DNA of 64,000 nucleotides from Treponema sp. UBA4377. Its GTDB lineage: Bacteria; Spirochaetota; Spirochaetia; Treponematales; Treponemataceae. A program made the position numbers and the translations under genes. Shown here piece after piece: positions 49,965-59,530 of this stretch (within the stretch, counting starts at the first letter, position 1; every line of letters starts with the position of its first letter). The notes under the pieces are model-generated. The model worked only from the letters and a program-made list of their open reading frames with translations, was not told the origin of the DNA and did not search any database. The stretch is taken from NCBI GenBank assembly GCA_002391235.1, contig DGRX01000013.1, positions 68,742-132,741 on the forward strand, in the 5' to 3' direction.

Positions 49965-50394
49965 ACTGTGTCAGTAAAGATGGCGCAACGTTGCGCCGTC
50001 TTAGATTTCTATCCTAATTGTCAACAGTTTTGCCGTCCCATAGTGCGTTAAAGTGCGTTAAAAGTGCGTTGAAAAATACGATGTTTAACGCACTCCAATT
50101 ATTGATAATGTAAAGAGTTAGGAGATGTTCAACGCACTTTTCTTTATCTTGCCTTTCGGACAAATCACTTGACTATTGCTTATTAGAGTGCATTATCCTC
50201 CTACCAGCCTGATTTTGCCTGTTTTGGGAAGCTTATGGCTTGCCGGTCGCCTTTGCCGCTTGGATGGCTGGCCGGTTTTCAAGATGATGCAACGTTGCGC
50301 CGTCTTAACTGAAGACAATGCTTCTAGGGAAAGCGCAAACTTTCTGCTTAAAAGAACTTAGTTTGCGCTGGTAAACGGAGCTTTAATTTTTTCC
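49965..50394 (+). repeat. ORF-free module B (iterons AGTGCGTT, flanking palindromes)
   Basis: Palindrome core GGCGCAACGTTGCGCC (49982..49997) and GATGATGCAACGTTGCGCCGTC (50283..50304). Iterons at 50042..50138. A 43-nt block is identical to module A. Confidence 0.65.
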
Positions 50395-50433
50395 TTGACA
50401 AAAGCCATATCCATAATTATATTATAATTATGC

Positions 50434-50505
50434 GAGGAAGTGGTGAGAATCATTTCCGCCAGAAAAGCTGACGGACAGGAAACTGAGCAATACGGAGGGC
50501 TTTGA
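50434..50505 (+). pseudogene. brnT: brnT remnant (last ~22 codons only)
   Basis: EEVVRIISARKADGQETEQYGGL matches the conserved BrnT C-terminus (compare HIISARPATSRERKLY at 42447..42764). It lies directly behind a brnT-type TTGACA-N17-TATATT promoter. Confidence 0.55.
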
Positions 50506-50506
50506 T

Positions 50507-50716
50507 ATGAGAGACCATTACGATTTTTCAAAGGCTGTGAAAAACCCTTATATTGGAAAACTCAAGCAGCAAATAACAATCCGCTTGGATGAGCAGGTGA
50601 TTGACTATTTTAAGGAAATGTCGAACGAAACGGGAATGCCTTACCAGAACATCATCAACTACTATCTTCTTGACTGCGTGAAATCGAATCGCCGTTTGGA
50701 ACTCGCCTTCGCGTAA
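50507..50716 (+). CDS. brnA: BrnA-family antitoxin (orphan)
   Basis: YDFSKAVKNPYIGKLKQQITIRLDEQVIDYFKEMSNETGMPYQNIINYYLLDC. Confidence 0.7.
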   Translation: MRDHYDFSKAVKNPYIGKLKQQITIRLDEQVIDYFKEMSNETGMPYQNIINYYLLDCVKSNRRLELAFA

Positions 50717-50801
50717 CTTTGATGCGGTTTAACGCTAAAGTTCTGCGCGGCAAAATAGGCGAGTGTTCGCATAAATGAAAAACAGTTGACGTTGGGAAAA
50801 A

Positions 50802-50837
50802 TTGTCAGCATTTATGATAGCAGATATGATAGCAAAT
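50802..50837 (+). promoter_or_regulatory. tandem TGTCAGCA/ATGATAGCA repeats near attR (candidate integrase arm-type sites)
   Basis: TTGTCAGCATTTATGATAGCAGATATGATAGCAAAT; related to the tandem at 23285..23307. Confidence 0.45.
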
Positions 50838-50964
50838 CGAGACATTTTTTGCTGTTTTGCAATAATTATGATAATTTTCTTGACAAAAGTGTTTATATAA
50901 ATTATTATATTGCAAGGAATTGCGTGTAGGTCGCGCAATTTAATGAAAAACAGCTGGAATCCGC

Positions 50965-50992
50965 CGTTGGTTCGATCCCAATATCATCCAAA
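50965..50992 (+). repeat. attR core (28-bp copy of the tRNA-Val 3' end)
   Basis: Exact match to 23212..23239; overlaps the last codons of the MATE gene. Confidence 0.85.
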
Positions 50993-52345
50993 CTTCTTTT
51001 TCTTGACGCGCTCAAAGAAAAACAGAGAAAGCGTTATCGAAATCGTTTCGGCAATCAAAAAAGACCACCACACATTGTTTATGTTTCCCGTGAGCGAAAG
51101 AAGGTACGCGCTAGGCAGCAAGAACAAAAGCTGGCGCGCGATGCTGACAAACATGCTGTAGCTTGCGCTTCCAAGGGCTTGGAAAACCGATCCAAGGCAA
51201 ATGCAAACCGCGGCTCCCATAAAGCTGGGCGCGATTATGCGAAGCGCCGGGATTCCAATTTCTAGCATTTTGTCGGAAGCGTTGAAAAGGCCAAAAAACT
51301 TTTGCGGAATGAACTCAAATAGCGAGACGCCGACGGCCATTATGGTGCACGCGGCGATTATGGCAAGCTTTATGACGCGCTTGATTCTGTCTGGCTTTTT
51401 CGCGCCGTAATTGTAGGCTATGATCGGAACCATGCCGCTGTTCAAGCCAAAGACCGGCATAAAGACAAAGCTGTTCAGCTTAAAGTAAACGCCGTAAACA
51501 GCGATTGCCGTGTCGGCGATGCCCTTGAACATGCCCAAAATCAAGTTCATTGTGTAAGAGGTTAAAGAGCCCACCGCCTGCAAAACGATTGACGGAACTC
51601 CGACCTTGTAGATTTGCAAAATCACTGTCGGGTCCGGACGAAAGCCCTTAAGGCTAAACTGGACTTCATGGTTCGCTTTAAGGTTAAAGACAAGCGACAC
51701 GATTGCCGCCAAAATTTGTCCTGCAACCGTAGCCGCCGCCGCTCCTGCGATTCCCATTTTGGGAAAAGGTCCGATTCCAAAAATCAATATTGGGTCAAAG
51801 ATGATGTTAAAGATGGCGCCTGTCAGTTGCGAGGCCATGGTCCAAACTGTTTTTCCTGTCGCTTGCAAAATGCGGTCAAACATCGTTTGGCCAAACTGGC
51901 CAAAGCCCAAAAGCATGCAGATGGAAAGGTAAGTTATTCCGTAATTTATAATCGTTTGGTTTTGCGTTTGGCTTCTAAAGAAGGGCGGAACGAAAATGAC
52001 GCACAAAAGCGCAAAGAAAATATAAGTGACCGCCGCCAAAAAAATTCCGTTCATCGCGCTTTTGTTCACGGCGTCAAAGTTCTTTTGGCCCAAGCGCATC
52101 GAAAGAAGCGCGTTCACTCCGACAGCCGTTCCCATGCCAAAACTGACCATAAGCATTTGAAAGGGAAATGCCATCGAAACCGCGGTCAAAGCCTCTTCGT
52201 TGATTTTCGCGACAAAAATGCTGTCGACGATGTTGTAGAGCGACAGCACGAACATGCTTATCATCATTGGAAGCGACATGTTCACCAAAAGGCGGCCAAC
52301 CGGCATGACGCCCATCTTGTTTTCTTTGACTGGATTTTCTTGCAT
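50984..52345 (-). CDS. MATE-family efflux transporter
   Basis: 453 aa, 12-TM pattern, N-terminal GRLLVNMSLPMMISM typical of NorM/MATE. Confidence 0.85.
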   Translation of the reverse strand: MQENPVKENKMGVMPVGRLLVNMSLPMMISMFVLSLYNIVDSIFVAKINEEALTAVSMAFPFQMLMVSFGMGTAVGVNALLSMRLGQKNFDAVNKSAMNGIFLAAVTYIFFALLCVIFVPPFFRSQTQNQTIINYGITYLSICMLLGFGQFGQTMFDRILQATGKTVWTMASQLTGAIFNIIFDPILIFGIGPFPKMGIAGAAAATVAGQILAAIVSLVFNLKANHEVQFSLKGFRPDPTVILQIYKVGVPSIVLQAVGSLTSYTMNLILGMFKGIADTAIAVYGVYFKLNSFVFMPVFGLNSGMVPIIAYNYGAKKPDRIKRVIKLAIIAACTIMAVGVSLFEFIPQKFFGLFNASDKMLEIGIPALRIIAPSFMGAAVCICLGSVFQALGSASYSMFVSIARQLLFLLPSAYLLSLTGNINNVWWSFLIAETISITLSLFFFERVKKKKFG

Positions 52346-52486
52346 TCCGCCATTCTATAGGAACGCGGAATAAATATCAAGCGGACAAAAAAAAGAACGG
52401 CGTTGGCCCTTGTTGCCGTTTCGCCGTTCTTCATATGTAATGCTTCGCGCTTAATTCCGGCGGCGAACCGCCGGGTAATGCTTAGC

Positions 52487-53605
52487 TTACCATTCCTTCT
52501 TGATGTCCTCGATGATGTTGGGCTCGCCTTCTTCTGTAGAGAAGAACTTGGCCTTCTTCATGTCGGGGAGCAAGGTTACAGTCTCGCCCAAGCGGAACGC
52601 GGCGTTGGCCGTTGTCTTGGCGATGATGTTCTGGCCCTTGTTTGTAGACAAGTAAAGGTGAGTCTCAGCTCCAAGCGGTTCCTTGTTGGTGATCTTCATC
52701 TGCATGGCGTTTTCGCCGGCCTTTTCGCTGTATTCCAAGTCTTCTGGACGAATTCCGAAGTAAACTTCCTTGCCAACATAGGCCTTGAGGCGCTTTTGCT
52801 GGTCGGCTGTGGGAACGACAGAGAACGAGCCTTCGTCAACGACAACCTTTCCGCCCTTTTCGATTACCTTTACGGTAAGGAAGTTCATCGGCGGAGTTCC
52901 GATAAAGCCGGCAACGAATTTGTTGATCGGGTTGTTGTAGAGGTAGAGCGGGGCTCCAATCTGCTGGATAACGCCGTCTTTCATTACTACGATTTTGTCG
53001 CCGAGCGTCATGGCTTCGATCTGGTCGTGGGTAACGTAAATCATTGTGGCCTGCAAGCGGTTGTGAAGGGCCGCGATTTCGGCGCGCATTGTAACGCGAA
53101 GCTTGGCGTCAAGGTTTGAAAGAGGCTCGTCGAACAAGAATACCTTGGGGTTGCGGACGATGGCGCGGCCTACGGCTACGCGCTGGCGCTGTCCGCCCGA
53201 AAGGGCCTTGGGCTTTCTTGTAAGGTACTGCGTAAGGTCAAGCTGTTTGGCGGCTTCCTGAACGCGGCGGTCGATTTCCTTTTTGTCCATCTTGCGGATT
53301 TTAAGTCCGAACGCCATGTTGTCGTATACTGTCATGTGAGGATACAAAGCGTAGTTCTGGAAAACCATCGCGATGTCGCGGTCTTTCGGCGGAACGTCGT
53401 TCATTTCCTTTCCGTCAATAAGAAGCTTTCCTTCTGAAATGTCTTCCAAACCGGCGATCATGCGAAGAGTGGTTGACTTTCCGCATCCTGAAGGTCCTAC
53501 GAAAACGCAGAATTCCTTGTCTTCAACTGTGATGTTTGAATTGGTAACCGCGCGGACGTTTCCGTCGTAGATTTTGCCAATTCCTTTGAGTTCAACTTTA
53601 GCCAT
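52487..53605 (-). CDS. sugar ABC transporter ATP-binding protein (MalK/UgpC/MsmK type)
   Basis: Walker A GPSGCGKST, signature LSGGQRQR, Walker B FLFDEPLS, C-terminal TOBE-like domain. Confidence 0.9.
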   Translation of the reverse strand: MAKVELKGIGKIYDGNVRAVTNSNITVEDKEFCVFVGPSGCGKSTTLRMIAGLEDISEGKLLIDGKEMNDVPPKDRDIAMVFQNYALYPHMTVYDNMAFGLKIRKMDKKEIDRRVQEAAKQLDLTQYLTRKPKALSGGQRQRVAVGRAIVRNPKVFLFDEPLSNLDAKLRVTMRAEIAALHNRLQATMIYVTHDQIEAMTLGDKIVVMKDGVIQQIGAPLYLYNNPINKFVAGFIGTPPMNFLTVKVIEKGGKVVVDEGSFSVVPTADQQKRLKAYVGKEVYFGIRPEDLEYSEKAGENAMQMKITNKEPLGAETHLYLSTNKGQNIIAKTTANAAFRLGETVTLLPDMKKAKFFSTEEGEPNIIEDIKKEW

Positions 53606-53778
53606 GCTGGCCCTCCGTTAAATTATATTATTAGGATTATTTTAAGGCCTTTTTGCCGATTTGTCAAATTTTTTTTCGCTTTTTTTGGGAGAATTTTCAC
53701 ATTTTTTGAGCGGAAAGGGTGAATTTCTTTTTGCGGCTCTTGAACTTTTTTTGAAATTTTGCTATTATGGCGGAACTT

Positions 53779-53851
53779 GCCAACTTAGCTCACCTGGTAG
53801 AGCAGCGCACTCGTAACGCGCAGGTATTCGGTTCAAGTCCGGAAGTTGGCT
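53779..53851 (+). tRNA. tRNA-Thr (anticodon CGT)
   Basis: Hand fold: acceptor GCCAACT/AGTTGGC, D arm GCTC-ACCTGGTA-GAGC, anticodon loop CTCGTAA, T arm TTCGG-TTCAAGT-CCGGA. Confidence 0.8.
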
Positions 53852-54018
53852 TTAACTTAAGCGTTTCCTTTGGGGGGAACGCTTTTTTTTGTTTGTGAGC
53901 GTTTTGGTTACTGCGGACTTAAACCGAGCGGCTCAATAAATTTCGCCGCGCGCCGTTCTATCGATGAGGCTAAAAGCGAGCGGCGCTCGCTTTTTTAACG
54001 CCTCTTCGATTGTCGGCG

Positions 54019-54041
54019 GGTTCAAGTCCGGAAGTTGGCTT
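54019..54041 (+). repeat. 23-bp copy of the tRNA-Thr 3' end (relic att site)
   Basis: GGTTCAAGTCCGGAAGTTGGCTT is identical to 53830..53852. Confidence 0.7.
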
Positions 54042-54048
54042 AAATTTA

Positions 54049-54084
54049 CGCCTAACCATAGCGGTTGGGCGTTTTTTTTTTTTT
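54049..54084 (+). terminator. Rho-independent terminator
   Basis: CGCCTAACC-ATAG-CGGTTGGGCG followed by a T13 run. Confidence 0.6.
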
Positions 54085-54141
54085 ATTTTTTTTTCCATAA
54101 AAACTTGACGATTTCCAGTCGTTTTTATTATCTTTATAGGT

Positions 54142-54780
54142 ATGGAAGAAAAGGAAGAAGAAAAAGAGCGCCAAGAAAGTCAAGAAAGCGCTTCTGACGG
54201 CAAAGAACAGGAAAAAAACGCAGAAAACGCCAGCGCGGAGGAAGGTTCCGCTCAAGAAAGCGATTCCGCTCAGCCTGAGGGCGACAGTTCCGCAGAGAAA
54301 GAAAAAGAGCCGACCCCGGAAGAGAAAATCGCGGCTTTGGAAAAAGAGAACGCCGACCTTAAGGACCAGCTTTTGCGCCGCGCCGCGGACTTTGACAACT
54401 ACCGCAAGCGCACTATTAAAGAAAAGCAGGACGCCTACGACTACGCCAACACCGCGCTTTTGCAGGACTTGCTGGACAGCCTTGACAACCTTGACCGCAC
54501 GGTTGAGGCCGCCGAAAAGGCAGACGACCCCAAGGCAATAGCCGACGGAGTCAAAATCATAAGCTCGTCGCTGATTTCGATGCTGGAGTCAAAGTACAAC
54601 TTGACCGCTTTTGGCCAGGCCGGAGAGGACTTTAACCCCGACATGCACGAGGCCATCGGCAGCTGCCAGGACGAGGTTGAAAAGCCGGTCTTGAAGGAAG
54701 TTTATCTTAAGGGATATAAGTTGAAGGACAGGGTCATCCGTAACGCCAAAGTTATGGTGACAATGCCAAAAGACAAGTAA
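54142..54780 (+). CDS. grpE: nucleotide exchange factor GrpE
   Basis: Acidic N-terminus, LLRRAADFDNYRKR motif, precedes dnaK. Confidence 0.9.
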   Translation: MEEKEEEKERQESQESASDGKEQEKNAENASAEEGSAQESDSAQPEGDSSAEKEKEPTPEEKIAALEKENADLKDQLLRRAADFDNYRKRTIKEKQDAYDYANTALLQDLLDSLDNLDRTVEAAEKADDPKAIADGVKIISSSLISMLESKYNLTAFGQAGEDFNPDMHEAIGSCQDEVEKPVLKEVYLKGYKLKDRVIRNAKVMVTMPKDK

Positions 54781-54805
54781 TATATAGAAGAATAGGAGAA
54801 TAATT

Positions 54806-56758
54806 ATGGGAAAGATTATCGGAATTGACTTGGGAACGACAAACTCTTGCGTGGCCGTGATGGAAAACGGCGAGCCGGTCGTCATCCAGAACGCTGAGGG
54901 CGGACGCACGACTCCCTCAATCGTAGGCTTCACGGCCCAGGGCGACCGCATTGTCGGAGCGCCGGCCAAAAACCAAATGGTCACAAACCCCAAAAACACA
55001 GTTTACTCAATCAAGCGCCTTATCGGCCACCGCTACAGCGAGTTGACCGGCGAGGCCGCCAAGCTTCCTTACAAAATCATTGACAACGGAGCCGACTGCC
55101 GCGTCGAGGTCACCGACAACGGCGCCCAAAAGCAGTTCAGCCCCCAGGAAATTTCGGCCTTCATCTTGCAGAAGATGAAAAAGACCGCCGAGGACTACCT
55201 TGGAAGCGAAGTCACTGAAGCCGTAATCACGGTTCCGGCCTACTTCAACGACAGCCAGCGCCAGGCAACGAAGGACGCCGGAAAAATCGCCGGCCTTGAC
55301 GTAAAGCGCATCATCAACGAGCCTACGGCCGCCGCGCTTGCCTTTGGCTTTAACAAGGACCAGAACAAGGAAAAGACAATCGCCGTTTACGACTTGGGCG
55401 GCGGCACTTTCGATATTTCAATTTTGGAATTGGCCGACGGCGTCTTTGAGGTAAAGTCTACAAACGGAAACACCCACCTCGGCGGCGACGACTGGGACCG
55501 CCGAATAATGGACTGGCTCGTGGACGAGTTCAAGAAGGACACAGGAATCGACCTTTCAAAGGACCCGATGGCCTTGCAGCGCCTGCGCGAAGCCGCCGAG
55601 AACGCCAAAATCCAGCTTTCCGCCCAGACATCGACGGCCATCAACCTTCCGTTCATCACCGCCGACGCGACAGGCCCCAAGCACTTGCAGAAAAACCTTA
55701 CCCGCGCCCAGTTTGAGCAGATGACAGAAGACTTGTTCGAGGCCACAAAAGAGCCCTGCCGCAAGGCTTTGGCCGACGCGGGCATCACGGCCGACAAAAT
55801 CGACGAAGTCCTTTTGGTAGGCGGTTCAAGCCGCATGCCCAAGGTTCAGGACGTCGTCAAAGAGCTTTTTGGAAAAGAGGGAAGCCGTTCCGTCAACCCC
55901 GACGAAGCGGTTGCCATCGGAGCGGCCGTTCAGGGCGGCGTTTTGCAGGGCGACGTAAAGGACGTCGTTTTGCTTGACGTAACTCCGCTTTCTTTGGGAA
56001 TCGAAACCATGGGCGGCGTAATGACAAAGCTCATCAACCGCAACACGACAATTCCTACAAAAAAGAGCCAGGTTTTCTCCACCGCCGCCGACGGACAGAC
56101 TGCCGTCACAATCCATGTATTGCAGGGCGAGCGCGAGATGGCCGACCAAAACCGCACTTTGGGCAACTTCAACCTTGACGGAATTCCCGCGGCTCCCCGC
56201 GGCGTTCCGCAAATCGAAGTCACCTTTGACATCGACGCCAACGGCATTGTGAACGTAAGCGCCAAGGACTTGGGAACAGGAAAGGACCAGCACATCACGA
56301 TCACTTCTTCTTCCGGCTTGAGCGAGGAAGAAATCAACAAGATGGTGAAGGACGCCGAAGCCAACGCCGCCAGCGACAAGGCCAAGCGCGAAGCCGTTGA
56401 CGCCAAGAACGAGGCCGACAGCTTGGTTTACCAGACAGAAAAGTCCCTCAAGGAATTGGGCGACAAGATCAACGGCGCCGAAAAGCAAAAGGTTGAGGAC
56501 GCTGTGGCCGAGCTTAAGAAGGCTTTGGAAGTCGGAGACACTGCCAACATCAAGGCCAAGACCGAAGCCCTAAAGCAGGCTTCTTACAAGATTGCCGAAG
56601 AGCTTTACAAGCAGCAGCAGGCCGCCGGCGGAGCGGCTGGAGCCAATCCTGGCGCCGGTCCCAATCCTGGAGCTGGAGCGAACCCCAACGCGGGAGCTTC
56701 CGGCTTTGACAAAGGCAGCGCCGAAGACGTGAACTACGAAGTCCACGACGACAAATAA
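54806..56758 (+). CDS. dnaK: molecular chaperone DnaK
   Basis: [21 protein letters not shown] and other Hsp70 signatures; 650 aa. Confidence 0.97.
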   Translation: MGKIIGIDLGTTNSCVAVMENGEPVVIQNAEGGRTTPSIVGFTAQGDRIVGAPAKNQMVTNPKNTVYSIKRLIGHRYSELTGEAAKLPYKIIDNGADCRVEVTDNGAQKQFSPQEISAFILQKMKKTAEDYLGSEVTEAVITVPAYFNDSQRQATKDAGKIAGLDVKRIINEPTAAALAFGFNKDQNKEKTIAVYDLGGGTFDISILELADGVFEVKSTNGNTHLGGDDWDRRIMDWLVDEFKKDTGIDLSKDPMALQRLREAAENAKIQLSAQTSTAINLPFITADATGPKHLQKNLTRAQFEQMTEDLFEATKEPCRKALADAGITADKIDEVLLVGGSSRMPKVQDVVKELFGKEGSRSVNPDEAVAIGAAVQGGVLQGDVKDVVLLDVTPLSLGIETMGGVMTKLINRNTTIPTKKSQVFSTAADGQTAVTIHVLQGEREMADQNRTLGNFNLDGIPAAPRGVPQIEVTFDIDANGIVNVSAKDLGTGKDQHITITSSSGLSEEEINKMVKDAEANAASDKAKREAVDAKNEADSLVYQTEKSLKELGDKINGAEKQKVEDAVAELKKALEVGDTANIKAKTEALKQASYKIAEELYKQQQAAGGAAGANPGAGPNPGAGANPNAGASGFDKGSAEDVNYEVHDDK

Positions 56759-56875
56759 GTTCAAAAGCGCCTCCGCGCGCTTTTGAACTTGTCGAGTTTC
56801 GCTTTTTGCGAAACTCGCGGCATTTGTTCAATACCAAAAACGGCGCGTCCATGCGCCTATAGATGAGAATAAGAG

Positions 56876-58021
56876 ATGTCTGCAAAACGCGATTATTACG
56901 AAGTATTGGGAATAGAGAAGAGCGCCTCGATTGACGAAATCAAAAGGGCTTACCGCAAGCTGGCCGTAAAGTACCATCCTGACCGAAACCCCGGCAACAA
57001 AGAGGCCGAGGAAAAGTTCAAGGAGGCCACCGAAGCCTACGAAGTCCTTTCCGACGACAAAAAGCGCCCGATTTACGACCAATACGGCTTTGCCGGCCTT
57101 GACGGAATGGGCTCAGGCGGCGGAGCCCAGTACTCGCACGCCTTCCATGACTTTTCCGACTTGTTCGGCGGAATGGGCGGCGGCTTTGGAGACATATTCG
57201 ACAACATTTTCGGCGGCGGGTTCAGCGGAGGCTTTGGAGGCGGCCGCGGCCGCCAGGCCGACAACGACGGCGCCTCTTTGCGCTACGATTTGGAAATCAC
57301 CTTTAAGGAGGCGGTTTTTGGCGTAAAGAAAGACTTGCGCTTTGCCCACAACGCCGCCTGCAAGGCTTGCAACGGAACTGGCGCCGAATCCGGTACCGGA
57401 AAAAAGACTTGTCCCGCCTGCAACGGTATGGGCCAAATTAGGCGCTCCAGCGGCTTTTTCGCCGTTTCGCAGACTTGTCCCCAATGCCACGGCAGCGGCC
57501 AAATAATAGAACATCCTTGCAAGGTTTGTCACGGCACCGGCTACCAAAAGGAAAACAAGGTCGTTTCGTTTACGATTCCGGCCGGAATTGAGGACGGAAA
57601 GCGCATTGTAATCCCTAAGCAGGGCGACGCGGGCCGAAACGGAGGCCAGCCGGGCGACTTGGTCGTCGTCGTCCACATTGAAAACGACGAATGCTACGAG
57701 CGAAGCGGAAGCGACTTGTATTGCGCGATTCCGATTTCGATGAGCCAAGCCGCGTTGGGCGGAACGGTTACGATCGCGGCGCTTGACGGCCGCAGGATAG
57801 ACATACCGATTCCGGCCGGCTGCCAAAACGGAAAGCTTTTGCGCGTCCGGGGGGAGGGAATAGCTTCCGCCTCCAGAAAGGGCGACTTGTACATAAAAAT
57901 CGTGGTCCAAATCCCGGCCAAGCTCAATTCCAGGCAAAAGCAGCTTTTGGAAGCCTTTGCCGAAGCCGAGGGAGCCACAAAGAGCCCCGCGCTTCTAAAA
58001 CTTTCAGAACTCAATCGCTAG
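56876..58021 (+). CDS. dnaJ: molecular chaperone DnaJ
   Basis: J domain with HPD, Gly/Phe region, four CxxCxGxG zinc motifs. Confidence 0.95.
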   Translation: MSAKRDYYEVLGIEKSASIDEIKRAYRKLAVKYHPDRNPGNKEAEEKFKEATEAYEVLSDDKKRPIYDQYGFAGLDGMGSGGGAQYSHAFHDFSDLFGGMGGGFGDIFDNIFGGGFSGGFGGGRGRQADNDGASLRYDLEITFKEAVFGVKKDLRFAHNAACKACNGTGAESGTGKKTCPACNGMGQIRRSSGFFAVSQTCPQCHGSGQIIEHPCKVCHGTGYQKENKVVSFTIPAGIEDGKRIVIPKQGDAGRNGGQPGDLVVVVHIENDECYERSGSDLYCAIPISMSQAALGGTVTIAALDGRRIDIPIPAGCQNGKLLRVRGEGIASASRKGDLYIKIVVQIPAKLNSRQKQLLEAFAEAEGATKSPALLKLSELNR

Positions 58022-58135
58022 CCTATTGTTTATGGTCTTGCAACCGTAAACACGGGCGGCGCATTTTTTGCGCGTTTTTTCCCCTTTTTTGCCGATAATG
58101 TGTTATAATAGTCTGAATTCTTTTCAGGGGATTTT

Positions 58136-59530
58136 ATGCTCAAAACAAAAAAACGATATGTCTTTATAGTCTCAAACATTCTTGCGGTGGCGCTTTTCTT
58201 GATAGTTTCGCGCTTTATTCTTCCTCCCATCACGGCCGGCATAGAAAGCGCGTATTTTATAATACTTGAGTTTGTATTGCTTTTGTTCAGCCTTACTATT
58301 ATGTCGACCGCCTCGATAGCCATAAATAAAAAACTCGAGAACGACGTTTTGCAAAAAGGCGAAACAAGGTTCATGCAGCAATTCATGGACGCCTTGCGCT
58401 TTTGCTACTCCCTTGACGACTTTTACGAAATAGTGAAGAACATTTTGGAGCGAAAGGCGGACTGTTCCGTCTTGTACATCGATTCCGAAAAAGACTATGT
58501 CCTTTATTCTTCCACGGACTTGCTTACAAGCGACAAAAAGACCGTCACGACGCTCAACCAAAACTTTCCGGCGTCTTGGCAGGACGGATACCACTTTATC
58601 GGAGACAAGCTGGGCGTAGTTTCTTCATACAAAACGGCGCGAGGCTTTTTCCTTTGCGCGAACAAACACCACTTTTTCATTTTTTGCCGCTACACGCGCC
58701 TTTTTGACACCGGCATATACAAAGAGCTCTTTGACGAATTCGTCCGCTTTAGAAAAAGGGCGGAGACAATCGCAAACCTTTCGGAAATCGCCTCGCTTTC
58801 AAAGGACTGGGAACAGTTGGCCGAAACTCAAAAGCTCTTTTTGCCGCAAAAACTGCCTGAGCCGCACCGCCTGCGCTTGGCCGCTTACTTCCGCCCGCTT
58901 GTCAACGTTTCGGGCGACTACTACACGGCGCTTCCGATCGACAAGCATAAGACGCTTTTGATGCTTGGCGACGTTTCGGGAAAAGGCTTGCCGGCCGCCC
59001 TTATCATGGGCTTGGTAATGAACACGGTGAAGATTATGGAAAACAAGGAAGACTTGGTTTCCATCGTATACGCGATTGACAAGGCGATTAAGGGAATGAA
59101 GCTTCAGGACAAGTACACCGTTCTCTTTATCAGCGTAGTCGACACGCAAAAGATGACGATCCGCTATGTCAACGCCTCGATGTCCGACCCCTTGATCATC
59201 ACAAGGGCGCCGGACGGATACACAATCAAGCCGCTGTCGTCAAACTGCGGCGTTGTCGGAATCATCGACTTGGACAACGTCCACATGGACGAGCAGCGCC
59301 TCTTCCGCGACGACTTGATTTTGTTCGCCTCGGACGGCGTTTCGGAAGTAATGAACGAAGAGGGCGTGGAGTTGGGCGACACTGAATTGTACAAGCAGAC
59401 AATCACAAAGAGCGCCGCCAAGCAGCCGCAGGAATTTGTCGACGACGTAGTCAAGTTGATTTTTGACTACAAAGGCGAAAACAAACTTCACGACGACATT
59501 ACTATGATGGTTACAAAGGTGGTAGGCTGA
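58136..59530 (+). CDS. membrane-anchored PP2C-type (SpoIIE/RsbU family) phosphatase
   Basis: N-terminal TM segments; GDYYTALPI...LGDVSGKGLPAAL and C-terminal DDITMMV. Confidence 0.8.
   Translation: MLKTKKRYVFIVSNILAVALFLIVSRFILPPITAGIESAYFIILEFVLLLFSLTIMSTASIAINKKLENDVLQKGETRFMQQFMDALRFCYSLDDFYEIVKNILERKADCSVLYIDSEKDYVLYSSTDLLTSDKKTVTTLNQNFPASWQDGYHFIGDKLGVVSSYKTARGFFLCANKHHFFIFCRYTRLFDTGIYKELFDEFVRFRKRAETIANLSEIASLSKDWEQLAETQKLFLPQKLPEPHRLRLAAYFRPLVNVSGDYYTALPIDKHKTLLMLGDVSGKGLPAALIMGLVMNTVKIMENKEDLVSIVYAIDKAIKGMKLQDKYTVLFISVVDTQKMTIRYVNASMSDPLIITRAPDGYTIKPLSSNCGVVGIIDLDNVHMDEQRLFRDDLILFASDGVSEVMNEEGVELGDTELYKQTITKSAAKQPQEFVDDVVKLIFDYKGENKLHDDITMMVTKVVG

Larger units (their letters stand above)
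23167..50992 (+). mobile_element. tRNA-Val-integrated genomic island (about 27.8 kb) with a tyrosine integrase
   Basis: Intact tRNA plus integrase at the left end. A 28-bp exact repeat of the tRNA 3' end lies at 50965..50992. The interior is accessory (TA modules, HTH regulators, pseudogenes, repeats). Confidence 0.85.

Noticed and set aside
54060-54141. CIRCE (HrcA operator) upstream of grpE-dnaK-dnaJ
   Set aside because: No TTAGCACTC-N9-GAGTGCTAA-like inverted repeat is present. Only a TTGACG..TATCTT sigma-70-like promoter is visible, and hrcA is not in the window.
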